DNA from: a virus
Lineage: Duplodnaviria; Caudoviricetes
Virus record (IMG/VR): IMGVR_UViG_3300030102_005682
Span: 1 to 58,146 of that record
Direction: 5' to 3' (one strand)
DNA: 58,146 nucleotides
The notes beneath the pieces are model-generated. The model saw only the letters and a program-made list of their open reading frames with translations, was not told the DNA's origin and made no database searches. Positions 1-7,355 of this stretch are shown in pieces (positions within the stretch are counted from its first letter, which is position 1; every line of letters starts with the position of its first letter). A program made the position numbers and the translations under genes.

Positions 1-558
1 CAATGAGTGCTCTGACTTGCTTCAAGTTAAATTAAAAAACGCAGATAAAACTGTAGATAATTACGGTGCTTTCGTAGCTGAGGATATTTATATGCAGCTT
101 ATAAATTTAGCTAAAGTTACAAACGAGCCTTTAAATAAAGTGTTTCATGAATATGGTCATGTGCCTGGAGGTTGGTTGAAGTTAGACTATGTTGACAGAG
201 CTTTGAAAAGATACAAGGAGGAAAGAAACTTATTTGATTATACAGATATGGTCATGGAATATAATAAACAAAAGCCACAGTGTAAGTTAGAGGTGTTGAT
301 AGTTGATGAGGCTCAAGACTTATCTTACATACAGTGGCAGATGATAAACAACATGAAAGATCAGGTAGAAAGGGTTTATATAGCTGGAGATGATGATCAA
401 GCCATATTCAAATGGTCAGGTGCACAGCCTGATTTTTTAATAAAATTAGAGGGAAAGAGAGAAATACTAAATCAATCATATAGAGTGCCAATAGCAGTGC
501 ATAGAGTGGCAAATAGTTTAGTGTCAAGGATAGATAATAGGGTGCCAAAAGAATACAT
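1..558. repeat. Left copy of imperfect terminal direct repeat (matches 57589-58146)
   Basis: Colinear without indels; about 42 substitutions in 558 nt by manual codon comparison. Confidence 0.95.
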
Positions 559-1249
559 GCCTAAGCCTGTGTCAGGATTTTTAGAAAGACATATACATCG
601 CTTTGACTCGGTTGACTTGAAACATGGATCATGGCTCCTCCTGGCCAGGACTAATTACATTGCTGATCAGCTCGTCATGGAGTTACGGGACATGGGTATG
701 TATTATGAGAAGTTTGACAATCCATCTGTGTCACAAAAATTAGTAGAAGCAATACGAACTTGGGAAACTTTACAAAAAGGTGATAAGGTTTCTTTTGATC
801 AAGTAAAGAATTTGTATTCATATTTTAAATTAGAGAAAGATGTAGCTAGAGGTCATAAAGGTTTGACAGGTGTAGATGAAAAGAAAATGTTTAATATCGC
901 AACACTGGGCACGGAACATGGACTTAAAGTAGAGCAACAAACGCCATGGCATTACGCACTAAGTTTAGTGTCAGAAACAATGAAAGTTTATGTATTATCC
1001 TTATTGCGTAATAATGAGGAGATAGATTTTAAACCAAGAATAAAAGTATCAACTATTCATGGTGCAAAAGGTGGTGAGGCTGACAATGTTATGTTGTTAA
1101 CTGATATTACAAAAAGAGTAGAAGAAGGTTATCTGATGAACCCAGATGACGAGAGAAGGGTATTTTACGTTGGAGCTACAAGAGCAAAACAGTCCTTGCA
1201 TCTAATAGCAAGTCAAAGTAACTTAGAATTCTCAGAAATATTTAGATGA
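2..1249 (+). CDS. UvrD/Rep-like SF1 helicase, 3' part (gene starts at 57317 and wraps)
   Basis: Motifs IVDEAQD, GDDDQAIF, LNQSYR, STIHGAKGGEAD, RRVFYVGATRAK; frame is open from base 2. Confidence 0.92.
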   Translation, partial: NECSDLLQVKLKNADKTVDNYGAFVAEDIYMQLINLAKVTNEPLNKVFHEYGHVPGGWLKLDYVDRALKRYKEERNLFDYTDMVMEYNKQKPQCKLEVLIVDEAQDLSYIQWQMINNMKDQVERVYIAGDDDQAIFKWSGAQPDFLIKLEGKREILNQSYRVPIAVHRVANSLVSRIDNRVPKEYMPKPVSGFLERHIHRFDSVDLKHGSWLLLARTNYIADQLVMELRDMGMYYEKFDNPSVSQKLVEAIRTWETLQKGDKVSFDQVKNLYSYFKLEKDVARGHKGLTGVDEKKMFNIATLGTEHGLKVEQQTPWHYALSLVSETMKVYVLSLLRNNEEIDFKPRIKVSTIHGAKGGEADNVMLLTDITKRVEEGYLMNPDDERRVFYVGATRAKQSLHLIASQSNLEFSEIFR

Positions 1250-3162
1250 ATGAATTTAATTGGATACTACCAGAATACAAAGAAGAAAGGATTGAGCCCT
1301 ACATGAGCAACCAAATACCAATGTTTCAACCACCAAGTGAATGGTTGCCACCTGAGAGCATTCCTAATTTAAGTGATGCAAAAGAAATAGCAGTAGATTT
1401 AGAAACAAGAGATGAAAAAATAAAAGAGTTAGGACCTGGTTGGGCTACTGGAGAAGGAGATGTTATTGGTGTAGCTGTGGCTGTGGAGGGTTGGAAAGGT
1501 TATTTTCCTTTGAAACATCCTGGTGGTGGTAACTTTGATGAAAAAATATTTTATAGAAATTTTAAAAAATTAATGTCTTTGCCAAATCGTAAAATTTTTC
1601 ACAATGCAATGTATGACGTGGGTTGGCTAAAGCAAAAAGATATTCAGGTAAATGGTAATTATATTGATACAATGATTGCAGCTCAAATTATTGATGAGAA
1701 TCGTATGGGTTACTCTCTCAATGCTGTTGCTAAAGATTACCTGGGTGAAAAGAAAAACGAAAATTTATTGTATGAAGCTGCAAAAGAATGGGGTGTTGAT
1801 CCAAAAGGTGAGATGTTTAAACTCCCCGCTCAGTTCGTAGGACCCTATGCAGAACAAGACGCTGACCTGACTTTACGTTTATGGCATCGTTTAGAATCAG
1901 AAATATATAAACAAGATCTAGTTTCCGTCTTCTCTCTTGAAACCAATATACTTCCTGCGTTGATAGAGATGAAGTGGAGAGGCGTGCGGGTTGACACCAG
2001 TCGTGCTACTCAAATTAAAGAGAATCTTTTGGAAGAAGAGAATGCCCTCCTTACAAAAATAAAATCTATTTCAGGAGTTTCTGTTGATGTTTGGGCAGCA
2101 CGATCCGTCGCCAAAGCCTTTGATGCTATGGGTATACCTTACAATAGAACTGAAAAAGCAAAAGAGCCAAAGTTTGATAAAAATTTTCTAGCCACACATA
2201 ATAGTGATCTTGCCAAGCTTGTAGTTCAGACTCGTGAGATAAACAAGGCCAGGACCACATTTATTGACACAATTATGAAACATCAAAAGAACGGTCGTAT
2301 ACATGCAGAGATACATCAAATGAAATCTGATGTAGGAGGCACAGTGACCGGTAGATTTTCCATGAGCAATCCAAACTTACAACAGATACCTGCTCGTAAT
2401 GAAAAAATAGGTCCTATGATTAGAAGTTTATTTATACCTGAGGAGGGAGCGAAGTGGGGTTGTTTTGATTACAATCAACAAGAGCCCAGACTTGTGGCTC
2501 ACTATGCAGCTATAACCAGGAATGGCCTGGAGGGCGCTGATAAAGTTATTGATGGTTATAATAGTGACCTGGACTTTCATGGCACCGTGGCTGAAATGGC
2601 TAACATTGATCGTAAGATTGCAAAGACAATTAACCTAGGATTGTTTTATGGTATGGGTAAAGGTAAATTAAAAAGTCAATTAGGATTAAATGATGAGCAG
2701 GCTGATGAGTTATTTAAAACTTATCATAGTAGAGTTCCTTTTGTAAAACAGCTCACGGACCAAGCGTCAAAGTCTGCACAAGAAAATGGTTTTGTTAGAA
2801 CTTTACTTGGACGTAAGTGTCGTTTTGATTTGTGGGAGCCAAACAGTTTCGGTATTCATAAACCATTGAACAGGGACCAAGCGACAAAAGAACATGGAAA
2901 AAATATTAGAAGAGCTTTTACATACAAAGCGCTCAATAGATTAATACAAGGCAGTGCAGCTGACATGACCAAGAAAGCAATTTTAGATTTATATAAAGAA
3001 GGGATAGTCCCGCACATTCAAGTTCATGATGAGTTAGACTGTTCTTTTGACTCTGAGATCCAAGCAAAGAAGATTGAGAAGCTCATGGTTGAATGTGTTA
3101 ATTTAAAAGTTCCAGTAAAGGTAGATTGTGAAATTGGCGATAATTGGGGAGAAATCAAGTAA
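1246..3162 (+). CDS. polA: Family A DNA polymerase with 3'-5' exonuclease domain
   Basis: Exo motifs DLET, HNAMYD, YAEQD; polymerase motifs TGRFS, DYNQQEPR, RKIAKTINLGLFYG, IQGSAAD, VHDE. Start could be 1303. Confidence 0.96.
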   Translation: MNEFNWILPEYKEERIEPYMSNQIPMFQPPSEWLPPESIPNLSDAKEIAVDLETRDEKIKELGPGWATGEGDVIGVAVAVEGWKGYFPLKHPGGGNFDEKIFYRNFKKLMSLPNRKIFHNAMYDVGWLKQKDIQVNGNYIDTMIAAQIIDENRMGYSLNAVAKDYLGEKKNENLLYEAAKEWGVDPKGEMFKLPAQFVGPYAEQDADLTLRLWHRLESEIYKQDLVSVFSLETNILPALIEMKWRGVRVDTSRATQIKENLLEEENALLTKIKSISGVSVDVWAARSVAKAFDAMGIPYNRTEKAKEPKFDKNFLATHNSDLAKLVVQTREINKARTTFIDTIMKHQKNGRIHAEIHQMKSDVGGTVTGRFSMSNPNLQQIPARNEKIGPMIRSLFIPEEGAKWGCFDYNQQEPRLVAHYAAITRNGLEGADKVIDGYNSDLDFHGTVAEMANIDRKIAKTINLGLFYGMGKGKLKSQLGLNDEQADELFKTYHSRVPFVKQLTDQASKSAQENGFVRTLLGRKCRFDLWEPNSFGIHKPLNRDQATKEHGKNIRRAFTYKALNRLIQGSAADMTKKAILDLYKEGIVPHIQVHDELDCSFDSEIQAKKIEKLMVECVNLKVPVKVDCEIGDNWGEIK

Positions 3163-3255
3163 ATTAAATCGGTTTTAAGGACCGTACAGGGGTGTTTTAG
3201 ATGTGCCCGTGTATGATTGCATTCGGAAAAAAATTAAGAAAATAACTAATTAGGA

Positions 3256-3288
3256 CTTGTAATTACATTATGAGATAATATATAATTA
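3256..3288 (+). promoter_or_regulatory. Sigma70-like promoter of the RAMP/array operon
   Basis: TTGTAA (3257)-N18-TATAAT (3281); same CTTGTAATT-N14-TATATAATTA frame as 52923-52955. Confidence 0.7.
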
Positions 3289-3319
3289 GTTATAAACAGA
3301 AAGTAGAAAGGAGATCGAC

Positions 3320-3397
3320 ATGGAATATACAATACCAAGTTGGATCGAACTAATATTAATACAGAACGAGGAAATGGAGAGTGAATGCTCAGAGTAA
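3320..3397 (+). CDS. 25-aa acidic peptide (MEYTIPSWIELILIQNEEMESECSE)
   Basis: GAAAGGAG RBS directly after the promoter; below ORF-track cutoff. Confidence 0.5.
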   Translation: MEYTIPSWIELILIQNEEMESECSE

Positions 3398-3450
3398 TAA
3401 TCGGTTGTTGCATTGCTATTGCCATCTTCGTATGGATGGGATGGTTGTAA
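3385..3450 (+). CDS. 21-aa hydrophobic peptide (MLRVIIGCCIAIAIFVWMGWL)
   Basis: GGAG upstream; single TM-like stretch; TAATG coupling to next gene. Confidence 0.45.
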   Translation: MLRVIIGCCIAIAIFVWMGWL

Positions 3451-3611
3451 TGACAGACACGGGTAAATACAAATCGGTAGCGGTAAAGAAACCAAGCTAC
3501 CAAAAACTCAAAAGCATGGCTGAACAAGATTACAGATCTGTTGCTAGCTTTATAGAGTTCTTAGTTGACAAGGAAGCTGAAGAAAGGAGAAAGTCAAATG
3601 CCAACAAGTAA
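3450..3611 (+). CDS. Ribbon-helix-helix (CopG/Arc-like) DNA-binding protein
   Basis: YKSVAVKKPSYQKLKSMAEQDYRSVASFIEFLV has the beta-helix-helix RHH pattern; coupled ATG at 3450 preferred over 3381. Confidence 0.65.
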   Translation: MTDTGKYKSVAVKKPSYQKLKSMAEQDYRSVASFIEFLVDKEAEERRKSNANK

Positions 3612-4230
3612 AAAGAAAGAGCCAGAGAATATTCAAGTACCTGGAATAAAACTACAAGACTGCGTAATCACAGTGAAGGGGAGTTCACCTTTAATCTGTA
3701 ACAAGTGGTCAGAAAAAGCAAAACAAGAAATCAGAGATAAGCAGATGAAAATAGCTAAAGCTGCAGGTAGAGAAGCGAAGGATCCTGAAAAGTGTTTTAA
3801 CGATTCTTTGTATAAGATGCCTGATGGTAAGGGTTATGGTTTTCCTGCAATTGCATTTAAAGCAGCTGCGGTTAACGCTTGCTCTCACATTGAGGGTTTA
3901 ACAAAAGTCTCTGCACGTGGATCATTTCACATACCTTGTGATCTTATTCCTATTAAGGGTAAGCCAATCATGAGAGAGGATATGGTTCGTGTAGGTATGG
4001 GCGCTGCTGATCTTAGATACAGAGGTGAGTTTACAGATTGGGAAGCTAGTATTCCTGTTAAGTATAACTCTAACGCTTGGTCAATTGAACAGTTGATCAA
4101 CGTATTTAACGTTGCTGGATTTGCGTCTGGTGTTGGTGAGTGGAGACCACAGAAGAATGGTAACTTCGGTATGTTCTCAGTCACTGAGGTTCAAAAGATG
4201 GAATATAATGAGGAGGTAAAAATTGCCTAG
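3598..4230 (+). CDS. Stand-alone RAMP/Cas7-like RNA-binding protein (candidate effector)
   Basis: ITVKGSSPL, YGFPAIAFKAA, RYRGEFTDW and Gly-rich loop GFASGVGEWRPQKNGNFGMF occur in RAMP order; AAGGAG RBS before ATG 3598. Confidence 0.7.
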   Translation: MPTSKKKEPENIQVPGIKLQDCVITVKGSSPLICNKWSEKAKQEIRDKQMKIAKAAGREAKDPEKCFNDSLYKMPDGKGYGFPAIAFKAAAVNACSHIEGLTKVSARGSFHIPCDLIPIKGKPIMREDMVRVGMGAADLRYRGEFTDWEASIPVKYNSNAWSIEQLINVFNVAGFASGVGEWRPQKNGNFGMFSVTEVQKMEYNEEVKIA

Positions 4231-4732
4231 AGTAAAAGTAGTAAGTGATAAAGAGTACGTTTGGAGACAAGGTACAAGATATTCAGTGGAGGCACAGGTT
4301 GCTGGAGAGCATCTTGAGTCTTTGGAATACAAGCACGGGGCTCTCACCCCAGACCTGGTTGTGCGGGAGGCTAGAAAGAAGAGTTCACCTCTCCACCCAT
4401 GCTTTACGTGGGACGATACAAAAGCAGCTGAGAGCTATCGAAGGTTTGAGGCCAGGAAACTAACAGGATCAGTCCTCGTCGTGACTCAGCAAACAACTGA
4501 ACCTGTTCGTGCTTTTCATAGTGTTCCTATAACCATAACGTCTGACGATGAGCAGGCTCGAGGTTATGTTTCACTGGACGTGGCGATTGCAGACGAAGGT
4601 CATAGAAATCATTTGTTGCAACAAGCGTTTCGTGACTTAGCGGCCTGGAGAAATAAATATGCGGAGTTGAAAGAACTTCATAGTATTTTTTCCCAGGCAG
4701 ATCGCCTTGTGGAGAAATATTCTATTAGATAA
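4223..4732 (+). CDS. Uncharacterised partner protein coupled to the RAMP-like gene
   Basis: GGAGG RBS plus TTG overlapping the upstream stop; motif LTPDLVVREARKKSSPLHPCFTWDDTKAAESYR. Confidence 0.8.
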   Translation: MPRVKVVSDKEYVWRQGTRYSVEAQVAGEHLESLEYKHGALTPDLVVREARKKSSPLHPCFTWDDTKAAESYRRFEARKLTGSVLVVTQQTTEPVRAFHSVPITITSDDEQARGYVSLDVAIADEGHRNHLLQQAFRDLAAWRNKYAELKELHSIFSQADRLVEKYSIR

Positions 4733-4743
4733 TAGAATGATTG

Positions 4744-4773
4744 GTAGCGGAGGTAATACTCCGCTACTATTTT
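4744..4773 (+). terminator. Hairpin; weak intrinsic terminator or processing site
   Basis: GTAGCGGAG-gtaata-CTCCGCTAC followed by TATTTT. Confidence 0.55.
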
Positions 4774-4788
4774 AGAAAGGAAAGAAAG

Positions 4789-4893
4789 ATGGAAAAATAT
4801 AATTTTGATCACATAATTAAAATTTTATTAACTAAAGCAGGATGGATAAGGGTTCCTTTATACCTTCCAAGAAAGGAAGAAAATGGTAAGTAA
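4789..4893 (+). CDS. 34-aa hypothetical protein
   Basis: GAAAGGA RBS; MEKYNFDHIIKILLTKAGWIRVPLYLPRKEENGK. Confidence 0.5.
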   Translation: MEKYNFDHIIKILLTKAGWIRVPLYLPRKEENGK

Positions 4894-5116
4894 AGTAGGA
4901 TGGTCGATGGAAGAAGAGTTACAGGAATATAGAGAGTTATATGATAAAGTAGAAGAGGCTGTTATTGCATTAAAAGCAGCTCAAGAGTTAAAAGCTTTTC
5001 TTTATCTTGATCCTCTGCAACAAGAACATTTTAAAGTTACAATTCATGATCTTGAAAGTTTCTTGTCTGTGATAGATGAGGCTTCGACTGTCGAGATTGA
5101 TCAGTCGCCTGTATAG
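4883..5116 (+). CDS. Acidic helical hypothetical protein
   Basis: RBS-like GAAAGGA; the stop codon overlaps the first base of the array. Confidence 0.65.
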   Translation: MVSKVGWSMEEELQEYRELYDKVEEAVIALKAAQELKAFLYLDPLQQEHFKVTIHDLESFLSVIDEASTVEIDQSPV

Positions 5117-5537
5117 GCAGGAGAGGTGGGGCTGGGTGCGTTGTTATGAGGTAGTTTACGGCAGGAGTGGTGAGGTCGGGTACGTTCTGGTGGTAGCAAG
5201 GCGTGTTGTGGCAGGCTAGGTGAGTTATGGTGAGGTGAGATTAGTTCAGGAGTGGCAGGTGTGGTGAGTTGTGTCTCGGTGGGTTACGATTGCGGACAGG
5301 TTGAGTCAGTTCGGGGCATGGTGTTGTGAGGCGTGGATTGGTGAGGCAGGCCAGGTATGCCCAGGTTTGGTATGATCCGGACGGTTTAGGCAAGGCAGGC
5401 GGGGCGAGGTCGGGCTAGTTGCGGAGGGGTAGGTCACGGCAGGCGTGGTAAGTTTGAGCGAGGTATGGTCGGTCTTGTTGCGGCAGGTGGGGTGAGGCGC
5501 TGTCAGGTGAGGAGTGGTATAGGCATGTTGAGGCTGG
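5116..5537 (+). ncRNA. Array of nine GGCA-delimited units of GGY-NN pentamers (candidate guide-RNA array)
   Basis: GGCAGG at 5116, 5160, 5210, 5254, 5345, 5394, 5438, 5482; variant GGACAGG at 5294; terminal GGCTGG at 5532. Four units are exactly 4+8x5=44 nt. Repeat structure is certain; RNA function is inferred. Confidence 0.75.
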
Positions 5538-5550
5538 AAAGGAGTTTTGA

Positions 5551-5682
5551 ATGGATGATAAAATGAAAGCGTTGCAGGTTGTAAATGATTACATAAGATT
5601 TGACCGTGCATCATCGAACGTGACCGCAGCTTGGGAGACTGTGTTACGTTACATAAAGAGTTTGGAAAAGAGTGTAAAATAA
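5551..5682 (+). CDS. 43-aa hypothetical protein
   Basis: GAAAGGAG RBS immediately after the array; MDDKMKALQVVNDYIRFDRASSNVTAAWETVLRYIKSLEKSVK. Confidence 0.6.
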   Translation: MDDKMKALQVVNDYIRFDRASSNVTAAWETVLRYIKSLEKSVK

Positions 5683-5887
5683 TTATACTTGTAAGTGGAT
5701 TCTTTATCCCACTTAGATCCAAGAAAGCCGACACCTGGCTGGCCTAGTAGTGTTAACGAACCCCCTGGTGGTGTGACTGATGGAGAGACATCTTTCAGAA
5801 AGTCAAGAAAACAATTTTAAAAAAATCTTTTGAGGTTGGGATTGTAATTTTATATATTGGAGTTTCGACACTAAATAGGAGGTCCGA

Positions 5888-6016
5888 ATGGAAAACTTAG
5901 AAGAGAAATATCAAGAAGCGTTGCAAGCGATAGCTTACCTGCACAATGAGTTACTAGCTGTAAAGCATTGTCAGTGTGGCGATGATGAAGCAACAGAAGA
6001 GGATGACGAGGCCTAA
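5888..6016 (+). CDS. 42-aa acidic hypothetical protein
   Basis: AGGAGG RBS; MENLEEKYQEALQAIAYLHNELLAVKHCQCGDDEATEEDDEA. Confidence 0.6.
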   Translation: MENLEEKYQEALQAIAYLHNELLAVKHCQCGDDEATEEDDEA

Positions 6017-6228
6017 TACAGGCCTTCGTGTCCCTGCTCGAAGTATTTATTTTTTAAGTGCCTGTCCCAGAAAGACTTTCCATTCGCTACAATGATGTTC
6101 CACTCTCGATGACTAAAGCGCTCTGTTGAGCCATCTTTGTATTCCACCTCGTAGACCATGTCATGACCTCCTGAGTCAGTCTGTTGTTCAAACACCCTTA
6201 GCTGCTTAATTATATCTTTTAGCTTCAT
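6013..6228 (-). CDS. Hypothetical protein
   Basis: Last gene of an overlapping minus-strand cluster. Confidence 0.65.
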   Translation of the reverse strand: MKLKDIIKQLRVFEQQTDSGGHDMVYEVEYKDGSTERFSHREWNIIVANGKSFWDRHLKNKYFEQGHEGLY

Positions 6229-6487
6229 GGTATTTTAAATACTTAATCTCTTTTACCATACCTTTGGGAATAATTGCAACCCTTCCTCCTTCCTGGCCAC
6301 CATCATCACACCAGTCTGCCATCAAAGATATTTGAGTTTCATCGTCTTTTACTAGCCAACCTATTGAAAAACAACCCGCAGGGGTCTTTTTTACAATGTC
6401 TTTGTATTCTACCCACCCAGAAAACGGCTCGGTAGCGTCTTCCCATCGGACTATCACAATCGGTGTAGTCTTCAGGTTAAATTTCAT
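6206..6487 (-). CDS. Conserved-looking phage hypothetical protein
   Basis: IVRWEDA..GW, SIGWLVKDD, IIPKGMVKEIK pattern; ATGA coupling at 6487. Confidence 0.7.
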   Translation of the reverse strand: MKFNLKTTPIVIVRWEDATEPFSGWVEYKDIVKKTPAGCFSIGWLVKDDETQISLMADWCDDGGQEGGRVAIIPKGMVKEIKYLKYHEAKRYN

Positions 6488-7122
6488 GCTTTCTTTCTTA
6501 AGGTATTTTGACCAGGGACCAATTTTAAACATTTAGTGTGTTCTGTTCCTTTTGATACTGCGAACCATTGCTCGTGTCCTTGTATGAAATCAATTGAGCT
6601 GTTACCTGGGCACTTTCCTTTTGAAAAAGTATCATTCACAGCCTGTTGAACTGATGCTAATGCCATGTCATCGCCGACCATGGTCCCGCCTTCTTTAAGC
6701 TTGGGCCACCAGTTTAGTATGTCTTCCATAACTGGCTCATACTCGTGGGCTCCGTCTATAATGATGGCTTGAAAATGTTTGTTATGAAATCTTTTTAATG
6801 TGTTTACATCATCTGATCTTGATTTAACAGGTGTTACTATACCTTTGTCTATGAATACTTGGCAGTTTTTTAAGAACTTGTCATAGAAACCACCTACGAT
6901 ATCTAAGTTTGCATGTTCAGAGCTACCTTCGAAAGTGTCTAATGCGTAGACATGTAGCTTTTTACCTGAGTTGATAATGCTAGTGGCCAGGTAAGATGTT
7001 GACCTGCCCATGAAACTACCTATCTCTAAGATCTCATCACCGTCTTCACATAGATCTATGAGTTGGTCGTACGCTTCGTGCATGTTAAACCATCCAGGTA
7101 TTTTAAAGTAAGTTTGTTTCAT
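6484..7122 (-). CDS. Class I SAM-dependent methyltransferase (Methyltransf_24-like)
   Basis: LEIGSFMGRST, DTFEGS, IIIDGAHEY, LKEGGTMVGDD. Confidence 0.85.
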   Translation of the reverse strand: MKQTYFKIPGWFNMHEAYDQLIDLCEDGDEILEIGSFMGRSTSYLATSIINSGKKLHVYALDTFEGSSEHANLDIVGGFYDKFLKNCQVFIDKGIVTPVKSRSDDVNTLKRFHNKHFQAIIIDGAHEYEPVMEDILNWWPKLKEGGTMVGDDMALASVQQAVNDTFSKGKCPGNSSIDFIQGHEQWFAVSKGTEHTKCLKLVPGQNTLRKKA

Positions 7123-7247
7123 TTTATTCTGTCCTTTATAAATTCTAATATTCGTCTGATACTAATGCCATAGCCGATCAAGGTCAAAGAAACTTTTTCC
7201 CCTGTGTTTTGGTCCGTGACTGTGACGGTTATATCTCTATATTTCAT
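7119..7247 (-). CDS. 42-aa hypothetical protein
   Basis: MKYRDITVTVTDQNTGEKVSLTLIGYG...; ATGA overlap with the methyltransferase start. Confidence 0.5.
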   Translation of the reverse strand: MKYRDITVTVTDQNTGEKVSLTLIGYGISIRRILEFIKDRIK

Positions 7248-7258
7248 TTCTTGGAGAC

Positions 7259-7314
7259 TTGTGGGACATTAAGTCTTTGCGGAGACATCGTTATTAGGAG
7301 GAACGGTCCCACAA
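7259..7314. ncRNA. Candidate three-way-junction RNA or cis element
   Basis: TTGTGGGAC/GTCCCACAA encloses GTCT/AGAC and CGTT/AACG hairpins; second loop is ATTAGGAGG. Confidence 0.4.
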
Positions 7315-7355
7315 ATCAGTGTACAATCCTAACATATTCTATTAGGTTTTGATAT

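Noticed and set aside
5116-5537. Canonical CRISPR array or simple G-quadruplex satellite
   Set aside because: No 23-50 nt identical repeats with unique spacers; the strict 5-nt phase, delimiters and unique NN strings go beyond a simple satellite, though G4 folding is not excluded.
5306-5734. 142-aa minus-strand ORF rich in Pro/Thr/His
   Set aside because: It is the antisense reading of the G-rich array and overlaps an RBS-supported + strand gene; composition follows from the 5-nt repeat.
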